Shown: positions 36,584 through 63,814 of the stretch, in pieces
Layout of the letters: each line of letters opens with the position of its first letter
How positions within the stretch are numbered: the first letter of the stretch is position 1
Assembly: GCA_051294375.1 (NCBI GenBank)
Contig: CM119265.1
Span: 9,992,339-10,056,152, forward strand
Length of the DNA: 63,814 bases
Origin: Paraspadella gotoi
Lineage: Eukaryota > Animalia > Chaetognatha
Direction: 5' to 3'
Program-made: the position numbers and the translations under genes
Notes under the pieces: model-generated
What the model was told of the DNA's origin: nothing
Seen by the model: the letters and a program-made list of their open reading frames with translations, nothing else
Databases searched by the model: none

Positions 36584-38438
36584 CTCTCTCCTCACACCAC
36601 ACAAAACGTGCACATACAAAGAGGCGTCTTGCCATTTTTATTTTATCAACGATCTACCTTTCCTAACCGAACTCTATTACATCCTCTTCCCCCGCCATTT
36701 CCTTATTTTTATTGTTTCACTTCCTCCTTCCCCCTCTTTTCTCCCTCTCTTTTCTCTCTCTTGCTACCTCCCTCTACTTTCCCACCTACTTCCCACTAAT
36801 ACAAAAAAAACACTAAACCAAGAACTGTTCAGTCTTCAACATCTCCAAAAAAAAATTGAAAAAAAAAAGCAATTCAAAGTAACTGAACTTGACAAAAACA
36901 TGAAATTCCTCTTAACTCCCAAAAAAGAAAAGCGGCGACCTTTTTTCGAATTCTCAACACGTGGTCCTTTTTTTTTTGGCGGCAATCGAAATTAAAAAAA
37001 CCAAAGTCACACCCGCGCCAAAAAAAAGGCGGGAATTTTCGAAATAGGTATTTCATCGACGACACCGCCAATTTTAAATCGAGGCTTTTCCCAAAAAGCG
37101 CCCTCTTTAAAAAAAAAACAAAAAACAAAATACTCTCTCGTGTCTATCGTATTTGTACAGAAAAAAAAAGGCTTTGTCATTAACTTTTTTTTCAGTGATT
37201 TTCATTTCATTATTATTTCGTGTCTTACTACAACCTTATTTTTTTTTATCAAAAACCTGATACGATTTTCTTCAAAAAAAAAATAGTTAGAGAAATCTAC
37301 AATTTTCGTTGCTCAAATCCCGGTTTGTGTTTTTTCCTAGAGAAATAGTGAATCAATTAAGGAATTTGAATTTAATATATTTTTCCTGTCAAAGGGCAAC
37401 GTTTGTACGAACAAATAAGAAAATAATAAAAATAATGACCCTTTTGTTTAATTTCTATACCGAATGAAATTGACGCCCTCTATCTTTCAACCGATACAAT
37501 TTTTACCTTTCGGTACTTTTTTCAAAATGGAATTTTCTTTTTAAATTTAAAAACTTTTAAATTCTGCCCCCATTTTTGATCCGTTGTGTCCCTTAATTTT
37601 TCTTTTTTATAATTTTTAACGTGTTCATCATTATTGTTCATTATGATTATTACGAATTATAATCATCGAACTTGGATGTCGGCTAAAAAAAAAAAATCTC
37701 TGTTGTCAATCGCGACTCGTTCAGTCTCTCCGTCAATTCGATTGCCTTTTTGTTCGCGATACGAGCGCCTCTCGCGTTTTGTTTTTTAAACAAAAAAAAT
37801 AAAAATAAACAAATAACGATAAGTATGAGTTCAATGCCCACAAATCGCGAGTCGCTTTTCGCACTGATTCTTGTTTTATGAAAAACAAAACAAAACGTGC
37901 TATACCGTAAACAGACAAAAGTATTTTCTATCGTTCCTTTCCGTTTTTAGACAAAACCTTCACGCCCATTTATTGAGATTAAAAATGACCGTTTCAAAGC
38001 AAATAGCTTTTTTTATTATTTAATACCCCCCAAATTCTGTGAAACCTAATTTATAAAAATAAAGTTTCAAACTTTAAAGTTAAAAATATTAGACTAACTT
38101 GTTTTCATTCATTTTTACAACTTTACATAAACAGTCTAAAATGTATTAAGTTGTCTCGGGAAAAAAAAAACATTATTACTTTTTACATCCGTACAGTCAT
38201 TACGTATTATTGACAAATACAGAAATTAAAAAAAAACTATGTTGATAAAACTTTGTTTTTATTTTTTCCCCATTGCCCCGATGATACATACATAGCGTAT
38301 AATTTCATAACAAAGAAACAAAAACAATATTGTGCAAACCGAGCGGAGATGTCATCATGACTAGCAGCCGTGTTAGCGTCAGACACAAACGAAAATGATA
38401 AGGGTCAGTTCGAGGGTGAGGCGAAGGTGAGGTATCGA

Positions 38439-42717
<4,279 letters not shown>

Positions 42718-42723
42718 AAATGG

Positions 42724-49572
<6,849 letters not shown>

Positions 49573-49719
49573 NNNNNNNNNNNNNNNNNNNNNNNNNCTC
49601 TCTCTTTTTTTTTTCGGAAAAGCGAAAAAGGAAGTAAACAGAGGAAAAGAGATAAAAGGACGTCGAGGAAGAAGAAAGCAACTCTTAAGGGGACCAAGTG
49701 AACAGGGGGGGTAAAAAGC

Positions 49720-51121
49720 ACTTTGATATTGAAATCATAATCAGTAGAGAGCTATTTAATGGTAAGGCGAATAAAAAAAGCAGATAGAAGGAGAAAAGGA
49801 ACAAAGGGTAAGGACAAAAAAGATAAGGTATTGTAAAACGACATCGGCAGTGCGGTGACGGCGGGGCGCGCGCGGCGGCGGCGGCGGCTGTGGCGGCGCC
49901 GTATGACCGCAATCCGATTCGATTAAAATGGAAATTTTAAACTGAACAGTATGAAAGGAGTTTTTTTTCCACGTAAAAAAAAAATAAATGAGATTAACGG
50001 TTAATGGCGAAACAGGTTTAAAAAGTAAATACATTAAAAGTCTGATTAAAAAATAATTTATAAAGGCGGGAAAACTGAGATTTAAAACGCGAAGCCAGCA
50101 ATTAATCTTGTAATACACGTTGAGTTTTGAATATGGGGTTACTGTACGTTCAAATGACTTCTCATACTTGCGTTTTACAATTTTTTTGAGGTCAGAATTT
50201 GAAACTTGGTTAAAATTATAGCCTGTCAAAAGTAGGGGCAAGATTAAGCTTAACGAAAATGAATGGAAAATTTTTATATTGGTTGTACCAATTTATAAAA
50301 TTCAGCTCTTGTATTTTGTGCTAGTACGGAGTAACAATATAGTATTGCCCCGATCTAATACTTAAGACTGGTTCTTTTCATACAATTGAAACATTCTTGA
50401 AATATTAAGCTACTACTTAATTGATAGGGAAGCAGGTACTCTGGGTGTGAATAAATGAGACTGTGAGATCTAATTGAAGCTTGCAGGATCTGCTATGTCA
50501 TATCTTGTAAGAGTGATGGAGGCCTTAAAACATACGAAGCTTGTCCAAAGTCAGGAGTAAGATAAGCTTATTTAGTAAATGAATGGATAATTTTTTATAA
50601 TTGGTTGTACCAATATTCATAAAATTCTCTATCTTTAACGTCATCAGCATGGTATAAGGTTTTCATTTTATGAGGTCCGGTTCCCTCACATATACACTGT
50701 CTTCTCCTCTCTCTCTCTGTCGTCGTCTCTTCTCTCTTCTCCTCAGTTTTTTCTAATTATTATTATCAGTATACAATCATGCGAGATATAAATGACATTG
50801 AAATTACAGAAAAAATGAAAATATCAAAATAAATAACAGTATAATACTTCGTACGATTTCCACCAATACACCAATACACAGTATTCTTACCTCAGCAATT
50901 TCTTCACACATGGCGTAGCTCTGATCGTCGACTTCCGATAGAGTACGCACAGTCGCGATCGTATTCGTTTCATCGAGCTGAAACAAAAGGGAAATATGTT
51001 TGGTAAAGTAAAAAAAATATAAAAAACGGGACAATAAGTGGGAAAGAAATAAAGAAGAAAATAAAAAGTTTGAGGATAAAACGAATTCACAATTAGAGAA
51101 AGAGTTAGAGAGAGAGAGAGA

Positions 51122-51155
<34 letters not shown>

Positions 51156-51208
51156 CGAGAGAGAGAGAGAAGAGAGAGAGAGAGAAGAGAGTTTTGAAAT
51201 GAACTGAG

Positions 51209-51281
<73 letters not shown>

Positions 51282-51907
51282 AGAGGAAGGGAGATGCGAG
51301 TCAGACCACATGGAAAAATTGATAAATAAAAAAAAAAGTAGGATTCTCTTTCACGACTGAGTTATTTTCCGGGATTTTTTAATGTTTAATCCAGAATCGT
51401 CCGACGCGAAATGGAAGATGTGGAATAGTTGATAATGAAAGCGAGATACGTGGTAATGGAAAGGCATGGCTACCCAACATTGCATGCGGACAAGAAGACA
51501 TGTTACCATGGGACGACATCATCAAGAAAAAAAGCTTGCAGAGTCGCGATTATGTCAACGGTGTAATACGTGAAAGACATAGACGTCCAAGTCAGAGCAA
51601 GATAGAAAAAAGGCTTTAGTTGGTGTTCAACAAAAGAAGAGGACTCGAGAAAGGGATATTGCTTTGCGCAGAGTAGGAGAAATGGAGAACGAAAAAAGAG
51701 AAAAGAAAATAGAGGAAAAGAAAAAGAAATAATTGAGAAAAGAAGAGAAAGAAAGATAAGAAAGAATAAAAAGGAAAGAGACTTGAGTGAGAAAGGAAAC
51801 GTTGAAGGCAGTTGAAGGCAGATGGAACAATGAAAGTGCAAACACTAAGTGATAAAATAAGTAGATAAGGAGAGTTAAAGGAGAGAGATGAGAAGAGAGA
51901 GAGAAGA

Positions 51908-51955
<48 letters not shown>

Positions 51956-53654
51956 GAGAGAGACAGACAGAGCATCCTGCACAATCTTTAGGTTAATAAA
52001 CAAGGAAAAGCCACACAATTGTGGCTGGAAAACAAATCTGAAAGAAAAGAAAAGAAAACGAACACAAAACGATTAACACGAAAAAAGAAAAAGAAAATTC
52101 ATATCTCGGGATAAAAAAATAAAATATAAAAAATATCAGCATCTTGGAACATCCAACCAACTAAACAACTAATCATTCAACCACCAACCACTTTTGATCC
52201 AACCAACCACCTTTAATCCAACCAGCCACCTTTGATCCAACCAACCAACCACCTTTAATTCAACCAACTAACCATCTTTAATACAACCAGCCATACTATG
52301 ATCCAACCAACCAACCACCTTTAATCCAACCAACGAACCACCTTTAATCCAACCAACCAACCATCTTTGATCCAACCAACGAAAACTGAAAGAGAAAGAA
52401 ACAAAAGAAACTGACCAACTGCAGAAGAGGTTTTTTAGCCAGATTTTTAGTGGACTTGGGATAAAGTTTTAGGATGTGACCCAGGGATGAATGTGACATA
52501 TATATGCAACTGAATTATATTGGTGTACCAATTTCATAAGATTATTGTTTGTTGCTCGGCGATGTTTTTTAAATAAAAAAAATATTTAAAAAATTTTTGC
52601 ATTGCTTTTTTTGGTACAAAGAAAAACTATTATTTCCTATATATTTTTTAGTCGGTTCAATCCCAACCTATTACTTAGTGGTCAATGGTCAATGGTCATT
52701 GGTCAATGGTCATGGGCTGTTGGCTTTACTCAATGAGCCACCGAGTCACAACTGAAGGTGTCACGCTTATAGGCGGAACGAACTTATGCAATGCCCGACA
52801 ACTTCTTTTCAAACATGAATAACAAATTTGAACATTTTTAAATATAAAACAATAACTATACAAAAGTAAAACTCCCTATGCCTCGCTTCTCTTTATCTCA
52901 GACAAATTAAGTGACCGGTCATTCTGAGTTACTTAGTTTCTTGATACAATTTCGTTAAGGACCGAATCGTATAAGCGTAAGAATTAAAGTTTCTACGGGG
53001 TTTTGATATTGTGAATAATAATAAAATAAATTAAATAATACTTATCCAAAAACTCATTACTAATTTGAACGGGCGACGTCTCGAAAGCGGGACCCAAAAA
53101 TTAATAATTTCACACGATTATTAAAATATGAAATTGGTACAACCAATATAAAAATTATCCATTTATTTAATAAATAAGCTATCTTGTCTCTGACTTTGGA
53201 CAGGCTTTGGCCTCCATCACTCTTACAAGATAATGACATAGCAGGTCCCTGCAAGCTTTCAATCAAGACTCTCTCACAGTCTTTTTTAATTCACTCCCAG
53301 AGTACCTGGCTTCCCTATCAATAAAGAGGTATAATGTTTCAAAGAATGTTTCAATTGTATGAAAAGACCACTCTCTTAAGTATTAGATATATTCTTCTTT
53401 ACAATTTTATATATAATAAATTTTAAATATAATTTTTTATAAAGACGTTGAAAAGATTTATATGGTTTAATAAAAGTTTATAAAAGTTTATATAAGTTAT
53501 ATAAGTTTTATAAGTTTCTATAAGTTTCTATAAGTTTATATAAGTTTATATAAGTTTATATAAGTTTATATGGTCAACATCAACTGTTTTTGGCGAAACG
53601 AGAGAAAGGGTGTCTTACCTCCCACCTCGTTCAGATGGAAGGTGTAAACGAAGA
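49720..53654 (+). repeat. A': indel-rich direct copy of 38722-42717
   Basis: Collinear copy. The exon at 40026-39935 is frameshifted in this copy. Confidence 0.95.
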
Positions 53655-60567
<6,913 letters not shown>

Positions 60568-60788
60568 ATTTCCCTCACCTCTCGTATTTCCAATCTCCCT
60601 GCCATATTCCTTCTGCCATTTTCCCTCCCTCCTGCCATTCTCCTCTTTTCCCGCCCCAGATTCCCGTTACCTCGTCGCCGATTCAATTTTCTGCGCTCGG
60701 ATCTGAGTCGTCGTGAGAATTCAAAACAATAACAAAATATTACGCGTGGAAATGCGATACGTTGAGGCAGGAAATGCGGAGAGAAAGA

Positions 60789-60922
<134 letters not shown>

Positions 60923-60923
60923 C

Positions 60924-61457
60924 CATAAAAGCCCATAAAAGCCGCCCGTAACATGTATTCATCTTTATCCCTTCGCTCAGACGCACCTGTTGTTGAGGTC
61001 GTCGTCAACGTCGTCGTCGTCGTCGCTTCCATCGTCGCTTCCTCCGTCGTCGCCGTCGCCTCCGACGCTTCGCCTCCGACTCCGCCTCCCAACCCAGCCA
61101 CGCCCACTATCGCCTTCGCCTTCTCGCCACCGTCTTCTCCTACGCCCTCCGTCGTCGCGAAAGAGTCAAACGCCGTCGTCGTCGTCGTCGTCTGCGTCCT
61201 CGTCTTTTTATCGTCGATGGGCGTGACGTTAGTCACGACGCCGGTCCGAGCTTTGATAGATGTCGCCGCTGCTGCCGTCGCTGCCTCCGCCGCCGCCGAC
61301 GCCGACCGCGTTGCCGCCTCTGTCGTCGTCGTCGTCGTCGTCGCCGTCGAGATCGTCTCCTTATCTGTCGGTGACATTTTGTTTCGACGATAAACATCGG
61401 AAGAGGTCGACGATGACGACGACGACGACGACGACGATGACGACGACGACGACGACG

Positions 61458-61501
<44 letters not shown>

Positions 61502-61869
61502 TTAGTTTTTTCTCCAGAGATCCAACCATCTGATTGAGAGAGTGACAAAGTTTGTGGAGGGAGACCGAAAGAATTCTGGGCGTTGACGCCGGTTGTGGCG
61601 CCTCTGGCGTCTGTGGAGGCGGCGTCAGTGGTGGCGCCATTGGCGGCGTCAGCGGCGGTGGTGGTGGTGGTGGTGGTGTTGGTGGTGGTGGTGGTGGTGA
61701 CACCGTCGCTAACGGTTTCGGTAGTTGATGTAGCGACGTATCGAGTCTGACGCAACGCGGAGGAAACGTGGGTGGCGTCTGTTGCGTCGGCTGCGGAGAC
61801 TACGGAGGCTGCGGCGGTCACTGCGGCGGTCGCTGCGGCGGTCGTCTGCCGAGTTCGATTTATTCCGTT

Positions 61870-61900
<31 letters not shown>

Positions 61901-61972
61901 GCGACGATCGTCTCGTTTCCGCCGACGAGGAGGTAACCGGGATAACTTTCAACGTGAACCAAATTTCGGCGA
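60924..61972 (-). CDS. Putative internal exon (1049 nt) encoding a Thr/Ala/Ser-rich mucin-like region ending ...[18 protein letters not shown]
   Basis: TTTTCCAG acceptor at 61980-61973, GTGCGA donor at 60923, and a >1-kb stop-free frame whose unique segments sit between in-frame triplet repeats. Low complexity reduces certainty. Confidence 0.45.
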
Positions 61973-62356
61973 CTGGAAAAACAAACATTAATACAAATTT
62001 AAGAAGATTAAGTCTAAAAAGCAAGATGTAACGGTAATATGTAAATGGTCTGAAAATTTGAACTTTTCTATTTAAGATATATTTACTATACATACACATA
62101 CTACTATTTAAAAATAATATTTTGATATCAATAAAAATTCTTAAAATGTCAATGGAAGAGTAAATTGTGCTGCTTTGTGGAATATTAATCGAAAAAAAAA
62201 GACTGAAAAAAGCTTTCGTCATCTGAAATGCTCTCTCTCTCTCTCACACATCGACGTCTGACTCACATCTCACGCGTCGCTAAATCATCCGATCGATCCG
62301 TTGATTGAAAAGTCTCTTGATTGAAAAAGTCACGTGATTGTCAGACCAATAACGTC

Positions 62357-62467
<111 letters not shown>

Positions 62468-62556
62468 AATCGCGTGTCGTCAACCCGAGAGGAACTATTT
62501 TCCGAGGTTAACGACACCGAACAGAAAAGAACCAGTTATTGTTTTTCTGATTTCCG

Positions 62557-62591
<35 letters not shown>

Positions 62592-63814
62592 AATTTTTCT
62601 ACTTTTTAATTTCGTTTCTCTTCTTTTTTTGTCATCGATAGGACAAAAGAGGAACAAATATCGAATTCAGGAGGAAAAAGTGAATGACCGATCGAGCCAT
62701 GGGGTTCTCGACTTCGTTCGCTGTATGATGTTGTTGTTGTTGTCGTTGTTATTATGGTTATATCGTTGTTTTTTCATTGTCTTTGTTGTCTTCGTTGTCG
62801 TCTATTGACATCTTAATAAACACATCGTGATGTAGAAAATCAAAACGTTACCCTTAACTGATTTCCCTCTGATAGACTGACAGACTTTTTATGCTCAAAA
62901 TTTCACCAGTCCAAACAAAGACAACATTACAACTCACGAGCTCACCAATTCCTCACTTCACCGTTAAACGCCCTCACCGTCATAATCGCCAGAAAACAAA
63001 CTCACTTTGAAGTGACATCCCTCGGCTACTTTGATCTCACCCATCAGTGCTGCGGCGTGGGTGAGTTGGGAGGATGTTAAATAAGTTTCCTACATGGCTC
63101 AGCCTTCCCGTATGTTCTGACCTCTATACTAAGGGTGGATGGAAACATTATCTTCTTATTAACTACAAAAATCATAACAACTAAATGAACTAGAATGAAT
63201 TACAACCACAATTACAACCACAGTCACAAACACCACTATAACGAAAACACCCTACTGCAACCACAGTTACCACAACTACCACAACAATCAGACCCGCAAT
63301 AAAAACAAGCACAATAATTAAACGCCATCGCAACAAACCACAATTAGACCACAGACCTGCAAACAGTGGGCGAATCGAAACATCTCTCTTCTTCTTCTTC
63401 ATTTTTCTTTGTTTGTTTTCGTCTCTCCATTGATTCTTTCAGCCTCTGCGCGTATTTTTTTTTAAAGATGAACTCCTGTACGCCAGGCGTGCAGATCCTG
63501 GAAAGAAGAGAGTACAGTAGATACCTCGTTAAAGGGATGAAAGATTGAACAGTTTTCACTGTATAACATAATATCTTGATTAAAATCTTGTAAAGCCCTC
63601 ATTTCCATGTTGCTATCTGATAAGAAGAATGCAGGCATTCGCCCACCGTAGCCTGTTAAAAGTTTGCGGCAATATAACTTATCTGATGAATTAAACGATC
63701 ATTTCTATTGGTTACAAGTACCAATTTAACATCCAAAATCCTCAGATTTACAGTAGTTCCGTCAAGTTTCCCCATAATAAAAGAATATAACCTTTAACCC
63801 TCGTTAGCGGCGGT

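Noticed and set aside
62993-63560. Possible plus-strand exons (KQTHFEVTSLGYFDLTHQCCGV / DELLYARRADPGKKRVQ*) or a minus-strand ORF at 63344-63559
   Set aside because: Both strands give equally weak models, and the CCG alone is not enough to call a tetraspanin or galaxin-like gene.

Overview
Eukaryotic DNA, most likely from an invertebrate animal. It is intron-rich and microsatellite-dense ((GA)n, (GTC)n, (TTTC)n) and has N gaps. Most ORFs in the supplied track are simple-repeat artefacts, so gene models were built by hand from GT-AG boundaries and phase continuity. The window contains: (1) the 3' end of an unknown gene at 1-294; (2) a minus-strand type I membrane protein gene (16651-8505) with either a short terminal exon or a ~1,300-aa acidic tail; (3) a plus-strand short-chain-collagen-C4-like Cys-rich gene (26998-36082) whose 7.4-kb intron holds two same-strand nested genes; (4) a perfect 92-bp inverted repeat with a Penelope-type minimal hammerhead core; (5) a dispersed, 5'-truncated repeat family; (6) a ~22-kb A-B-A'-inverted-B rearrangement that is probably an assembly artefact; (7) orphan exons of a small C-terminal domain and a mucin-like exon. 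The nested pair is the best candidate for a new system: a 363-aa protein with a degenerate DZIP3-type HEPN-like N-terminus and a C-terminal two-pseudo-repeat module, next to an 80-aa protein made only of that module. This layout recalls HET-s/RHIM-type amyloid signalling, but that function is inferred and untested.
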